Assembly: GCF_018350175.1 (NCBI RefSeq)
Contig: NC_058383.1
Coordinates: 18,168,001-18,232,000 of the forward strand
DNA: 64,000 bases
Source of the DNA: Felis catus
Lineage: Eukaryota
Direction: 5' to 3'
In this document: positions 13,401-25,150 of the stretch, piece by piece
How the letters are laid out: each line of letters begins with the position of its first letter
Numbering within the stretch: the stretch's first letter is position 1
Translations under genes and position numbers: made by a program
Notes under the pieces: generated by a model
What the model saw: the letters and a program-made list of their open reading frames with translations, nothing else
The model's database searches: none
Told to the model about the DNA's origin: nothing

Positions 13401-15144
13401 TCTCGGCCGGGAGGCCCAAGCGTCCCCACGCCCGCCGCGCTCTCTGCCTGCTGCTCGGGCCTGACTTCTTCACAGACGTCATCACCATCGAAACAGCAGA
13501 CCATGCCAGGCTGCAGCTGCAGCTCGCCTACAACTGGTGAGGGGTGGGGAGGGCTCGGCTGGGGTGCTGGCGCGGCCCGGGGTGGGGGAGCCAGGAGGAA
13601 GAGCCCTGGGTCCCGCAGCGCTGGGCTCGCGTTCAGCCAACCACATAACGGCAAGGTCATGAAAATGTCGGTTGGACACACCCAGTGCGAGTGGGCAGAT
13701 GTCCCCAAGCACAGGCTCTGGGGCTCGCTGCCTGGGTCCCGGCCTTGCCGTTTGCTAGCTGTGGACCTAGGCCAGTGACTCGGTGCTTTCCTCCATCTCC
13801 CAATCTGTAAAATGAGAGTGACAACCGTCAGCCTCACGGGGCGGTCGAAGGGATGCGGTGAGAATTGGAACAGTGCCCTGTACGTAGTTAGAGCTCAAAT
13901 GGCAGCGACCGGAGTCGGGGGAGGGGAGTCCCATACGGGCGGCTGTGCCCCACCACACCCACCTCTGGGCGGAGTGGCCAGGACTGTGACAGGGGCAGAT
14001 GGGGGCGCTGACCTCTCTGGGGCGGGGGGTGGGGGTGATGGGGGGGTGGTGGTGGGGGTGGGCACTGCAGCATGGTCGCTAAGAGCATAGACCCTGGAGC
14101 CACGCTGCCTGAGTTCACCTTTCTGGCTTGCCACATATGATGTGACTTTGGGCCTGTCACTTAACCTCTCTGGGCCTCTCTTTCCTCATCTGTAAAAGGG
14201 GATAGTGCTCATCCCCCCCTCCTAGGGTGGCTGGGAGAATAAGATGGCATCTCACCTGGGCCCATGGTGGGTAGCAACTCTCGTTCTCTGTCGTGGGAGA
14301 CCCTGGCCAGTGACGGGGGGTGGGGGTCGGAGTCCTTTTCAAAGACGAGAGTTGCCGTTTCCTGGAGGAAGATGGCTTCCCTGTTCTGGGCCTCTCTGTT
14401 CACAGGCACTTTGAGCTGAGGGACCGGAAGGACCCACAGGAGACAGCCAAGCTCTTCTCAGTGCCTGACTTCGTGGGTGACGCCTGCAAGGCCATCGCGT
14501 CCCGGGTGCGGGGGGCCGTGGCCTCCGTCACCTTCGATGACTTCCATAAGAATTCTGCCCGCATTATTCGCACTGCTGTCTTTGGCTTTGAGACCCCAGA
14601 AACCAAGGGGCTCGACGGCAGGGCTCTGCTCCAGCCCCGGGACCGGGCCGTCTTCCCCCAAAACGGGTTGGTGGTCAGCAGCGTGGACGTGCAGTCGGTG
14701 GAGCCCGTGGACCAGAGGACCCGGGACGCCTTACAGCGCAGCGTCCAACTGGCCATTGAGATCACCACCAACTCCCAGGAGGCAGCTGCCAAGTGAGTGA
14801 GGCCTGGGGGCAGGGCTTCCCCACTGCCCACAGTGCCCACTGTGGGCCAGACCTCTCCAGAGTCCTCACCTCGGCCCACTGCCACGACCTGGGTAACAAG
14901 GTGCCCTTCCCCCGCCCCCGCCTACGGTCGGCCTGCGATCACCCTTAGCAGATGGCATGGCCCACTTAAGAATACGACTAGGACAGGGCGCCCGTGTGGC
15001 TCAGCTGGTTAAGCGTCCGACTTCGGCTCAGGGCATGATCTCGAGGTCTGTGAGTTCGAGCCCCGCGTCGGGTTCTGTGCTGACAACTCGGAGCCTGGAG
15101 CCTGCTTTGGATTCTGTGTCTCCTCTCTCTGCCCCTTCCTGACT

Positions 15145-15182
<38 letters not shown>

Positions 15183-17843
15183 TCTCTCTCTCAAAAAAAA
15201 AAAAAATGTATGACTAGGTGCCATCCCCCTCCTGTGGCTTCTCACCTTGCTTGTGCTAGAATGCAAACTTGTTCCGTGGTCCTTCCAGGCACCGGGGATC
15301 CAGGCCTACCTCCCCCACCTCACCTTCCAGCCTCACCTCCCAGGCTCACGTGCTCCAATCCCACCAGCTCCTTTCTGCCCCTCAGATGCACAGCCAGGCT
15401 CCCCGCTTCGGGCCCTCTGCGCTGGCTGTTCCCTCCGGCCAGAATGCTCTTCGCCTAGAGTGCTTCAGCCGGCCTCCTCCTCGGGCCTCAGCCCGAAGCT
15501 CGCCTCCTCGCAGAGCCCAGTTCTTTCTGCCCCAACTGAAGCAGCACCCGCTCTGCTTGGTGTCCCATCACCCACTTTCAGGGAACTTGTCATTGTCCGA
15601 AATCAACCACGTCCCTTTGTTTCTCCCCACTGGAGGGTGGGCTGTGTGGAAGCGGGGGCCTCGGGTCACCAGTCCGTCCCTTCCCCTGCGCCTGCAATCG
15701 TGCCAGGCTGTTAGCACGCACGCCGTTCTTCCGTTGGCACGTTGAGTGCTTCCCGCGGGCACCCCCAGCAGACTGGCGGTCCCTGCCCTTGGAGAGCTGG
15801 CTCGCATCTTCGAAGACGGCCAGCATCTTCCCAGTCCCCTCTCCCGTCCAGGCACGAGGCTCAGAGACTTGAGCAAGAAGCCCGGGGCCGGCTTGAGAGG
15901 CAGAAGATCTTGGACCAATCCGAAGCTGAAAAGGCTCGCCGCGAACTCTTGGAGCTGGAGGCTCTGAGGTGGGTTGAGAACCAGAGGAAAAGAGGGCCCC
16001 GGTCTTGGAAAGCAGCTGGTGGAGGGACTGAGACGAGTGTGACTTCTGCTGTGCAGAAGTGAGGGTGGAGGAGGGCAGGGCTGGGCTTCCTCCTGGCGTC
16101 CCCTGACCCCCGCCACCCCTCCAGCACTGCCGTGGAGAGCACGGGGACCGCCAAGGCGGAGGCCGAGTCCCGCGCTGAGGCCCTGCGCATCGAGGGAGAA
16201 GGCTCTGTGCTACAGGCCAAGTTGAAAGCCGAGGCCTTGGCCATTGAGACGGTGAGTGGGGGCGATGCCTGTGGAAGGGTGTGGCCCCGGGGGTCTGGAA
16301 GAGGCCCCATCACTGCAGCCCTGGAGAGGAGTGGGAGACCAGGTGTCCCGATGCACAGCCCTATTTAAATACTCCGTGGTTTATAAAGTCCTTTGCCCTG
16401 TGTCTATTCGCTTAACCACCTTTCCCCTCCGGGCATGATGACCTCTGTCTTCTGTGTAATGTGCCACTCACACATTGGCCAGCTTTGTGCAAAGTGCTGC
16501 ACGTGTCTTACACACACGGTCTTATTTAATGCCTGAAGTCCCATTCAGGCGGCAGGTACTGTCTCCATTTTACAGATGGCAGAACCAAGGCTTGGATTGA
16601 GGACTCCCAGCTACAAGGCAGCCTGGCCAGGAGTCACCCCGAATTGACTCTCCGTTTACAGTTCCATCCCTTTGGCCTCTGTTCCCTCTGGCTTGCTGGG
16701 ACAGTTCCCAGGGGCCACACAATCCTGCGTTCTCTCCCCCCACCCCCTTCCAGGAGGCTGAGCTCCAACGGGTACGGAAAGTGCGAGAACTAGAATTGGT
16801 CTATGCCCGGGCCCAGCTGGAGCTGGAGGTGAGCAAGGCCCAGCAGCTGGCGGAGGTGGAGGTGAAGAAGTTCAAGCAGATGACGGAGGCCCTGGGCCCC
16901 AGCACCATCAGGGACCTTGCTGTGGCTGGGCCAGAGATGCAGGTCAGAGTGGGGAGGGGGCTGGTGTGTGTGTGCGTGTGTGTGTGTGTATGTGTGTGTT
17001 GGGACCATATTTGAAACCAAGAAGGCAGAGCTGGGGCAGACATATCTGGAAAGATGATGCTGGGGGCGGAGGGGAGAGGAGGTGGAACTGTCCCCGTGTC
17101 CCGGCCTGTAGCACTTGTGCACGGTGGCCTCTGTCAGGCACTGTGCTAGCTTCGGCAGGGAGCTGCAGCCCCTGGGGTGGATGGTCATTAAGTGGAACCC
17201 CAGTCCGTGGCAAGTGCTTTGAAGGAAGTCGAGCCAGGGATGCTGGCTGGTTTAGGGAGAGTCCCTCGGAGGAGGGGATACTTGAGGCCGATGTAAAGTT
17301 GACGGGAGCTTCCTGGGAGAGGCTCCATGTGCAAAGACACAAGGACAACAGGACTCAGTGCGTTTAAGGAACAGAAAGGACTGAATGGCTGCGACCGAGG
17401 GTGGAACGGTGAGCTTCTGGAAGCAGCTACAGTGGGGCCGGGTCTTTCAGGCCTTCTAAGCCCCTGTGAAACCTTCAGTCTCCCCTGATACACCTCGCTT
17501 ATTGTCCCCGACTAATCCTAGGAGGATGGCTCGGGTGACAGCTGCAGAGTCCCATAAGTGTGGGTGGTGGCCAAGGAGACAAGAAAAGGAACAGGGGCCT
17601 GACTCTTCCCTCTTGCTCCTCAAGGTGAAACTGCTCCAGAGCCTGGGCCTGAAATCAACGCTCATCACCGATGGTTCCACCCCCATCAACCTCTTCAACA
17701 CAGCCTTGGGTCTCCTGGGGCTGGGGTCGGAGGCCCAGCCCCCAACCAAAAAGGCAGCCGGCATGCCCAGCCCCCAAGAGGGCTTGCTTCTCCGGTCCCC
17801 TCCTGCCCCTCAGTCTCTTGGAGACAACCATGTTGTCCCTTAG
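1372..17843 (+). CDS. MVP: Major vault protein, complete CDS in 14 coding exons (2673 nt, 890 aa): join(1372-1496,1680-1875,8433-8556,8657-8788,9024-9118,9417-9653,11841-12122,12953-13197,13339-13536,14406-14792,15852-15968,16125-16251,16754-16942,17625-17843)
   Basis: Starts [41 protein letters not shown] (Kozak caccATGG); vault repeats, shoulder domain, long coiled coil; ends GDNHVVP*. All introns GT..AG with frame kept. Confidence 0.98.
1680..1875 (+). CDS. MVP: MVP coding exon 2
   Basis: ctacag|[10 protein letters not shown]...GEVLEK|gtacct. Confidence 0.96.
3172..3649 (-). mobile_element. Two tandem CAN-SINEs (SINEC_Fc-like)
   Basis: Reverse complement of GGGGCGCCTGGGTGGCTCAG head, (CT)n and A-rich tail, twice (about 3172-3419 and 3433-3649). 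Confidence 0.9.
3811..5515 (-). mobile_element. 5'-truncated LINE-1 (ORF2 C-terminus plus 3' UTR), decayed
   Basis: Minus-strand translation [33 protein letters not shown] and [14 protein letters not shown] match the L1 ORF2 C-terminus. Confidence 0.9.
5521..6259. mobile_element. Cluster of CAN-SINEs in both orientations (- about 5521-5790, + 5806-6000, - about 6003-6259)
   Basis: SINE heads and bodies, poly(A) 5969-5998, AAGATTTTA repeated on both sides of the + copy. Confidence 0.85.
6568..6763 (+). mobile_element. CAN-SINE (diverged)
   Basis: SINE body, (CT)n, poly(A). Confidence 0.8.
7573..7607. repeat. (TG)n(CG)n microsatellite
   Basis: gtgtgtgt...gcgcgcgtgtgtgt. Confidence 0.9.
8433..8556 (+). 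CDS. MVP: MVP coding exon 3
   Basis: gtcag|DITPLQVV...WLFEGP G|gtaagt. Confidence 0.96.
8657..8788 (+). CDS. MVP: MVP coding exon 4
   Basis: cccag|TYIPQKEV...KERVT G|gtgggg. Confidence 0.95.
9024..9118 (+). CDS. MVP: MVP coding exon 5
   Basis: cccag|[31 protein letters not shown]|gtctgt. Confidence 0.95.
9417..9653 (+). CDS. MVP: MVP coding exon 6
   Basis: tacag|[11 protein letters not shown]...QKRVVK|gtgagt. Confidence 0.96.
10011..11048 (+). mobile_element. MER58A-like hAT-Charlie DNA element split by an L1 3' fragment (10163-11001) that itself carries two CAN-SINEs (+ 10286-10511, - about 10555-10746)
   Basis: 5' half CAGGGATCGACACACTTTTCTGTAAAGGGCC, 3' half GGGCCAGATTTGGCCC...GTTTGCC; AAATAG duplicated on both sides of the L1 piece. 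Confidence 0.7.
11105..11560. mobile_element. + strand CAN-SINE (11318-11520) nested inside a - strand CAN-SINE
   Basis: Host SINE interrupted, with GTTGGACACTT / GTTGGACGCTT target-site duplication. Confidence 0.85.
11841..12122 (+). CDS. MVP: MVP coding exon 7
   Basis: gctag|[11 protein letters not shown]...DVKTGR|gtaaca. Confidence 0.96.
12953..13197 (+). CDS. MVP: MVP coding exon 8
   Basis: tcaag|[11 protein letters not shown]...YREKRA CG|gtgagg. Confidence 0.96.
13339..13536 (+). CDS. MVP: MVP coding exon 9
   Basis: tgcag|VVFGPELV...LQLAYN TG|gtgagg. Confidence 0.96.
14406..14792 (+). CDS. MVP: MVP coding exon 10
   Basis: cacag|[10 protein letters not shown]...SQEAAA AA|gtgagt. Confidence 0.96.
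14986..15206 (+). mobile_element. CAN-SINE
   Basis: Head, body, (CT)n, poly(A). Confidence 0.9.
15852..15968 (+). CDS. MVP: MVP coding exon 11
   Basis: tccag|[12 protein letters not shown]...LELEAL AG|gtgggt. Confidence 0.96.
16125..16251 (+). CDS. MVP: MVP coding exon 12
   Basis: tccag|[12 protein letters not shown]...ALAIET|gtgagt. Confidence 0.96.
16754..16942 (+). CDS. MVP: MVP coding exon 13
   Basis: tccag|[12 protein letters not shown]...AGPEMQ|gtcaga. Confidence 0.96.
17625..17843 (+). CDS. MVP: MVP coding exon 14 (terminal)
   Basis: tcaag|[18 protein letters not shown]...NHVVP TAG. Confidence 0.95.
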   Translation: MKLLQSLGLKSTLITDGSTPINLFNTALGLLGLGSEAQPPTKKAAGMPSPQEGLLLRSPPAPQSLGDNHVVP

Positions 17844-17863
17844 CGCCGTGCTGCAACCGACAA

Positions 17864-17869
17864 ATTAAA
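17864..17869 (+). terminator. Probable MVP polyadenylation signal ATTAAA
   Basis: ATTAAA 20 nt after the stop codon. Confidence 0.65.
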
Positions 17870-18049
17870 CATTTCTGGGCATTCTAACCTTGGGCCTCAA
17901 GTCTCTGTCACAAGGGAGCATTGTGGATACCCCTGAAATCTCAAGGTAGCTACTAGAGACTATCCTCACCTGTGAGGTGGAGAGGAAACTGAGGCAGGGA
18001 ACAGTCACGCTGATGGGAATGTGACCCCAAAGTCTTACTAGTCGCACTC

Positions 18050-18265
18050 TTTTTTTTTTTTTTTTTGATGTTTGTTTGTCTTTGAGAGCGAGAGAGACAG
18101 AGCGCAAGCAGGGGAGGGGCAGAGAGAGAGGGAGACACAGAAACCAAGCGGGCTCCAGGCTTTGAGCTGTCAGCACAGAGCCCGACGTGGGGCTCGAACC
18201 CATGAACCGGGAGATATGATCTGAGCTGAAGTCGGAGGCTTCACCGACTGAGCCACCCAGGCGCC
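18050..18265 (-). mobile_element. CAN-SINE
   Basis: Poly(T), (GA)n, reverse-complement head. Confidence 0.9.
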
Positions 18266-18706
18266 ATGGCTAGTCAACTACTCGGACTGTCTTTGGTGGT
18301 CAGCTCCCTTAGACCCCAGGTGGGGGAGCTGATACCACAGGGGAGAGAATGGGGCCCCGCCTAGGCAGCCTCCCTGGGATAGCTCCTGCACCAGCAACGT
18401 CTCTCCTCACTGCTAATTCCTCCAGGAAACTGCAGGCTGGGCGGGTTTTGGAATCTAGCCCTCAGGCCGCAGGTGCATCCACCCCTGCATCCCCTCCCCC
18501 GCCTCCCAGCACTTGGGAGACTCTCTCTCTCTCTGGCACCACCTGCTGGTCCCACCGCATAGCCGGCAGGCCTGTGCACTTGTCCCTCTCAGATGGGATG
18601 TCAGGATCCTGTCCAGGGGCCACAGGAACTGGAGTGCCTTTCTGGGCTTCTGATATGGGCTCTTCCCAAGCATCGAGGGAGGAGTTCCCTCTTTCCACCC
18701 TCCCCC

Positions 18707-18808
18707 GCAACCAGTGCAGAGCTCTTTCTGGGGAAGGATCCAGGCGTGATCAAATTTGCAACCAGTGCAGAACCCTTTCTGAAGGAAAGATCAGGCGTGA
18801 TCGAATTT
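18707..18808. repeat. Tandem 2 x 51-bp duplication
   Basis: GCAACCAGTGCAGA...CAGGCGTGATC(A/G)AATTT repeated at 18707 and 18758. Confidence 0.9.
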
Positions 18809-20639
18809 GGCTGCACAGAGGAGGCTGCACCAGCCCTTTGCCCAGGTAGAGCCGTAGGTACTAGGTTGATAACTAAGTAAAAAGATCCTGGGGAGAGAGA
18901 AGCTTGGGTTTACTTTCGGTATAACTGAGGAAGGCAACTTCTCTGATCTCCTCTGTCCGTGAAAGAGGCCAGGAATTCTCCTCCTGAACAGGGCTGATGC
19001 TTGATTAGGACCTTCTTCCTCTTCGTGCACTGAGGCCTGACCCTACGAGCCTGGTCTCTTTCCGAGTTGAGGTGCATTTGTGTGGTCAGTGGCTCCACTC
19101 AAGTCTGAGCTTGAGGCCAGGGGCTGACTGCTGAGCCCACAGCACTTGGTGGAGCTGGCTCAGAGTTGACGGGGCAGGCAAGTGAATTGGCCCCTCCAGC
19201 CCAGCTTCCTTCTAACTGTCCTATATTGTCCCTTGAGAGAGGTAATGAACTTAACATGTGCCTGGTACCAGCTGAAGAGCTTTACATGCTATGTTAGCAC
19301 AGCTTATGGCCAAGGGCCTCTGGGGGTGGGTGACAGCAGGCGAGGTGGGTACATTCCTACCCCTCAGCAACCGGCTCCTATGGCTGTCCCTCTGCTTGTC
19401 TTTACTAATGACCATCCCACTTCTGCCACCAACAACTGCTGCCTCACCCTCGCCTTCCAAAAACCATTCCTTCAGTGACCTTGACCACCCCCTCAACATT
19501 GACACTCACCCTTTGCATGTCTGGGTAATTCACTCACTAGAAACCTCCCTCCTTAACTCCACCCTCCCCATCCCCTGGGCTACTTAGCCCTGTCCCTCCT
19601 TTAAACCATCCACCGCCCTCTCTGCCCGCCCCTGCCCAGCTGCATGTTGCTGGGGGAGGTACAGCCCACATGCTGACTGATCTCATTTTAAATTCCTGGC
19701 AACACATCTCAAGGGAGACCTAGGGCCTCTGACTCCGCTTCTCCCGCTTGTGCAAGATCTCCTTCAGAACTACCACTCACACCTCTCCCCTCAGCTTCCC
19801 ACGTCCCCACCCACTTTCTCTCACCTCTGAGAGAAAATAGAAGCACTTTGGGCAGGAAGCCCCCCCACCCCCGCTTCCCAGCAGCAAATCTAGCAAACTA
19901 CCAGCACCTGGACTCCAACCGCCCCCCCCCCCCCCGCTGTTCCCACTGGGGATGTGTCCCCCTGAGCCCCACTCCTCCCCTTGAACTCTACAACCCACCA
20001 ATCTCAAGTCCCTGAGTCCACTCCTCCACGGATCACCTTTCTGTCCCGCACTGTCAATCTCTCCCTCTCCCGGCTCCCTGTCACCAGCAGGTGAGTGTGC
20101 TCTACTTTTTGCCACACAGACTCAACGAGTGAGCTCCCCCTGGGCCCTGCCCTCCCTCCCGCTGCACCCCCTCCTCTATTTTCCCTTCGCAGCCACATTT
20201 CTTAGTTTCCATCCCTCACCTCTCATTATCTCCTCATGTCACTCCCATCAGCTGCTGTCTCCACCCCTTCCTTCATGGAAACTGCTCTAACTGGCATCAC
20301 CAATGACATCCCTGTTGCTAGACCCCGCAGTTAGATTCTCTTTGTTCAGCCTCTGCCATCATTCGGGACAGGGGCCATCCGTCTTCCACACTGGGCTCCC
20401 ATGACATGGCCTCCACCTCAGGGGCCACTCCTGTTTCCCTGGCCAGCTCCACTCCCTCTGCTCCGTCTCAGTCACAGGTTGCCCTGAACCCCATTCTTAG
20501 TGACAACCTTGGCCAGTCCCATGGCTTTAGAGCATCTCTGTCCCACGGACTTCAAATGTAGTCCTCTATCCCTGACCTCACCCCTGAACTCTGGACTCCT
20601 TTCCAACTGAGTTGATGTCTCCACATGGCTCTCTGATGG

Positions 20640-20920
20640 CCATTGGGCTTGGCTGTATGACTTGTTCTGGCCAGTGAAATGCAAGGGGAAGTGGCATCAC
20701 TGTCCTCTCCTTTCCCTTTTCCGTGGTGACAGGCAATATTCCAAACAGAGGCTGTTCTGTCGGTGTGGGTTCCCGAGAGAGAAATGGCATGAGGCAGAGT
20801 CACAGCTGACCCACAGTAGACCTGCCACAGGGACAGGAAATGTTTGCTGTGTTAGGGAACCGAAGTTGCAGGGGCGGGGGGTGGGGTGATACCATAGCGT
20901 AACCTAGCCTATCCTGACCA
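20640..20920 (+). mobile_element. MaLR (MLT1-type) LTR fragment
   Basis: Ends TAACCTAGCCTATCCTGAC, typical of MLT1 3' ends. Confidence 0.5.
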
Positions 20921-20990
20921 CTTCCGTGTACCTCACAAGGTTGTAGTCTGGTAAGGTAATGGGAGAAGCTGTTCTTTAAATTGTACACAT

Positions 20991-22062
20991 GGGGCGCCTG
21001 GGTGGCTCAGTCGGTTAAGGGTCCAACTTCAGCTCAGGTCATGATCTCGCAGCCCGTGAGTTCGAGCCCCGTGTCGGGCTCTGTGCTGACAGCTCAGAGC
21101 CTGGAGCCTGCTTTGGATTCTGTGTCTCCCTGTCTCACTCTGCCCCTCCCCGGATCCTGTTCTCTCTCTCTCTCAAAAATAAATTAAAAAATAAATAAAT
21201 AAATAAATAAATAAATGTATGCAGGAAGACGGGCCCGGTACTGATTGTAGGGTTAGGGAGACCAGATATACCCCAATGACAGGAAAAGGGGCTTCACTGG
21301 AGATAATGTGGAGCTCACATTATCCGGTGTGAGCCGGATGTGAGCCGGATTCTAAGCCAGTCCCTTTGGTACTAAATTTACCCTTGAGAGTCCCTTAAAT
21401 TGCCCATAAAATACAGAACACTGTGACCTCTGATGAAGTTCAACACAACCTGTTTTCCTCCAGCAGTCGAGCAATTGGCTTTTCTTTGCTTGAATACTGA
21501 TAAAGTAATTGACTTAAGGACCCTTTGAGTAAGAAAGATCTGTGTCTGGGCGCCTGGGTGGCTCAGTTGGTTGTCTGTCTCGATTTCAGTTCTGGTCATG
21601 ATCCCAGAGTCATGGGATTGAGCCCAGCACTGGGCTTTGCACTGAGCATGGAGCCTGCTTTAGATTTTCTCGCTCCCTCTGCCCCTCTCCCCTCTCTCTC
21701 TCTCTCTAAAAGTTTATTTTATTTATTTATTTATTTTATTATTATTTTTTAAGGACATGGTTTATTTTTATTTTTTAATTTTTTTTTCAATATATGAAAT
21801 TTATTGTCAAATTGGTTTCCTCTAAAAGTTTAAAAAGAAAAATGGAGCACCTGGGGTGGCTCATTTGGTTAAGCTCTCTCCCAACTTCAGTTCAGGTCAT
21901 GATGTCGTGGTCTGTGGGTTCAAGCCCACAAGCTTCAGAGCCTGGAGCCTGCTTTGGATTCTGTGTCTCCCTCTCTGCCCCTTCCCCTGCTCGCCCTCAG
22001 TCTTTGTCTCTCAAAAATAAATGCTAAAAAGAAAAAAAAAATTTAATTTAAAAAGAAAGAAA
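20991..22062 (+). mobile_element. Three + strand CAN-SINEs (about 20991-21215, 21548-21790, 21844-22062)
   Basis: SINE heads, bodies and A-rich tails. Confidence 0.85.
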
Positions 22063-22099
22063 AATGTGCATCTTTAAACAGTGAAATCACACTCAGCGT

Positions 22100-22480
22100 G
22101 GTAAGATGTTTACCCAGTCTATTTTCTCTTCCTCCTAAGCCCACAACTAATCTCTATTTCCCAACCTCCCTTGCATAGAGATGTGGCTGCATGACTGAGT
22201 TGCAGCCAATGGAAAGTGAAGGGAAATAGACGTGCCAATTCCCTGGCTTCCCGTAAAAGCCATCCTCAGACAATCCTCCGGGCCCACCTCCCCCGCCTAG
22301 CTAATGCGAGGGTGGAATGTTCTTGGAAGTCCTGTGTCGAAAATGGCGGCTTCCCTGAGTCTCAGCTTCAGGAGAGCTGCTTCCCAGTCGGGAGCTCCTG
22401 ATGAGGACTTAACAGGAGTCAGAAATAAACTTCTGTTGTGATTGAGCCACTGTGCATCTTGAGGTTGTTATAGCGGTGAG
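22100..22480 (+). mobile_element. MLT1-type MaLR solo LTR
   Basis: TATTTCCCAACCTCCCTTGCA...AGCCAATGGAA...AATAAACTTCTGTTGTG..AGCCACTG. Confidence 0.55.
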
Positions 22481-22642
22481 GCTTACCGGAGGGAAGAACA
22501 GATTCCCGGTGCCCAGGCCGTGCCCTCCCGGAGGCTTGAGCCCGTTGAGTGGAATGAGCAAATGGAATGTCTTGCATGGTGGTTATTCGTTTATTCTGAA
22601 AGCATATACTTGAAATCCGGAAAGCTCTTACTGCACATATGA

Positions 22643-22998
22643 TGTCTTAGTCCATTCGGGCTGCAAGACACCACAGACTGGGGGGTTTATAAACCACAGT
22701 CATGCATTTCTCACAGTTCTGGAGGCTGGAAGTCCAAGATCAAGGCACCACCGGCACGGTCAAGGTCTGGTGAGAATTCTCTTCCTGCTTCTTCCTGCCG
22801 GCACCTTTTACTTTGTCCTCACTTGGTGGAAGGGGCAAGAGAGCTCTCTGGGGCCTCTTTTGTGAGGTCCCTAATCCCATTCATGAAGGCTCAAGACCTT
22901 ATCACCTCCTAAGGGCCCCATCTCCAAACGCCATCGCGTCGAGCATTAGGTTTCAACATGAATTTTAGGAGCATACAAACACTTAGCCCATGGTAACA
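22643..22998 (-). mobile_element. MLT1A-like MaLR solo LTR
   Basis: TG...CA termini, TCTCACAGTTCTGGAGGCTGGAAGTCCAAGATCAAGG core, near-identical 5-bp flanks TATGA/TATGG. Confidence 0.75.
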
Positions 22999-23025
22999 TA
23001 TGGCTCCACCATGTTCCTTAAAAAA

Positions 23026-23235
23026 TTTTTTTCTTAATGTTTTTATTTATTTTTGAGACAGAGACAGAGCATGAGCAGGGGAGGGGCAGAGAGAGAGGGA
23101 GACACAGAATCCGAAGCAGGCTCCAGGCTCCGAGCTGTCAGCACAGAGCCCGATGCGGGGCTCGAACTCACAGACTGCGAGATCATGACCTGAGCCGAAT
23201 TTGGATGCTCAACCGACTGAGCCACCCAGGCGCTC
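23026..23235 (-). mobile_element. CAN-SINE
   Basis: Reverse-complement SINE. Confidence 0.9.
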
Positions 23236-24951
23236 CTCCACCACGTTCCTTAGATCAAATTCAGCCTAGACTTTCCCCGCTGGCCTCCTCCAAGCCACTC
23301 TGCTGGGCTCAGTCCAGCCACTGGACATGGGACCAAAGGCACAGGCTGATCTCCAGGCCCTACCAGGGGAGGGGACTCACGACTCTTTGATGCTGGGGCC
23401 TCAGGCCTCAGGGGTGTATCCTTCTGAGTGGAGACACACTCCCCTGCCCACCTCTCCCTCTTTTTTAGGCAATGGTTTGCTGGGTTTATGTAAGTTAGAG
23501 ACTCCTGGTGTCGCTGTAAATGGTTAGGGTCAAAGAGCCAAGGAGGCAGGGCCGGCGGTGGAGGGAGCCATCTTGAGTGCTGAAAGGATGCATCCCTCTG
23601 GAGGGGACAGCTGGTTCACGAGGGATGAAGGACAGTGGGCAAACAGATGGGAATCTGGGAGCAGGCCAGGCAGGGGGACCCCGGAAGCATTGGAACGGCA
23701 GCTGAGTAATGTATACTAGCTTCAAGTATAAATCTGTCCCTGCCTCGACAAGTGCCCTCCAAAAGAGGGCACAGGCGATTTACCACAGCCTCATTTGTTT
23801 TGGTGGCAGGACCTGGTGAAACAAATAATGGAATTCTGTGCCACCATTAAGCAGACTGCCGACGTGGACGGCTGTGGGCGGTAAACGTTAAGGGTGCAGG
23901 CTCTGGAGCCAGGCCAACCAAGATGGACGCCTCTGAGGGCCTCGACCTACTCTCTGGAAAATGGGCACACTAAAAGGCTTGTCGTGCTGTCTAGTACACA
24001 GGACAGCGTAGGTGTGGGGCGAAGTGAGGGAACAGACGCACACAAAAAGCACTTGGCACGAGGGTGGCTTGGGAGAGTGGAACAGCACACCCGCAGGATG
24101 AGGTTTACGATATGGGAACGTGTGCGTGCAGACGTGGAGAATTTACCGAGACAGACGTCTGAGCTCTGAGGAGCCCTGGTCAGCTCTGGGGAGGAGTGGG
24201 GGCTTAAGGAGGCAGACTTGGTCACGATTTAGTATCTTTGCCGCACGAATATTTTACCTATTATTTGGAAAGATTTCTTCGGTGGCTCCATGTGGCCCTC
24301 AGGACAAAACCCAAACGCCCTACGGGACTCCTCGGGCTGCCCCGCTGGCTTGAGGGCATCTCTTACCCGCCCCCCCAGCCCCCAGTCCCCAGCCCCCAGC
24401 TCTGAGTGTTCCAGGCACATCGATCTGTTTCCATTTCCCTTTCTGCAACTGCTCAGTGTGCTCTCTGGCCTCTCCAGGCTCCCGAAGTCTCAGCTGCGAA
24501 TCCACCCTCTCTGATACATTAACCCTTCCCGCCCCAATCCCTAGCAGCGGTCTAGACACCCACCCGCTTCAGCCACACCTAAGCGCTCCGGGACTTCCGG
24601 ACTTCCTTCTCCTGTCCCCTCCTCCAAGCACCACCAGACTACTCCCCCCCCCCCCCCCACATGCTCGCCTGTGACCTCCAAGAGGGCTGACCTAGTCCCC
24701 TGGGCCTAGCACAGGCGTTGAGGCTCAATACCCATCTGCTAAATTTCAGCTCTCCGGGACACGAAGGCCTCCTGGCCAAGCTATTATAAGGATGAAATGA
24801 GTGGCATCCGCAACCCCCCAGCACAGGCTCTGGCATATGGTAGGCTCAATATAGCCTTAAAAAGCAAGCTGGTGCCAGACAGCAGAGAAAGCTCAAATGG
24901 CAGGGGTAGGTAGCTATTAGGGACAGATGCCCAGAACTGTTTACGAAGGAA

Positions 24952-25129
24952 CAGTGATTCTCAACATTATGGGGAAGAATCAGTCACCTGCAGTGTATTA
25001 AACTTGCGGACCTCGGGGCCCATCCCTAGAGATTCCAACTCCAAAGGTCTGGCACAATGTCCAGGCAGCTGAATTTTAAAGAAATAATCCACAGGTGATC
25101 CAAAGACTGCACTCTTGAGAAACCAACTG
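24952..25129. mobile_element. MER5A-like DNA transposon MITE
   Basis: CAGTGATTCTCAAC ... TTGAGAAACCAACTG terminal inverted repeats. Confidence 0.65.
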
Positions 25130-25144
25130 ATCTGTTCGTGAATA

Positions 25145-25150
25145 TTTATT
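25145..25150 (-). terminator. Probable CDIPT polyadenylation signal AATAAA
   Basis: TTTATT on + strand about 900 nt past the stop codon. Confidence 0.7.
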
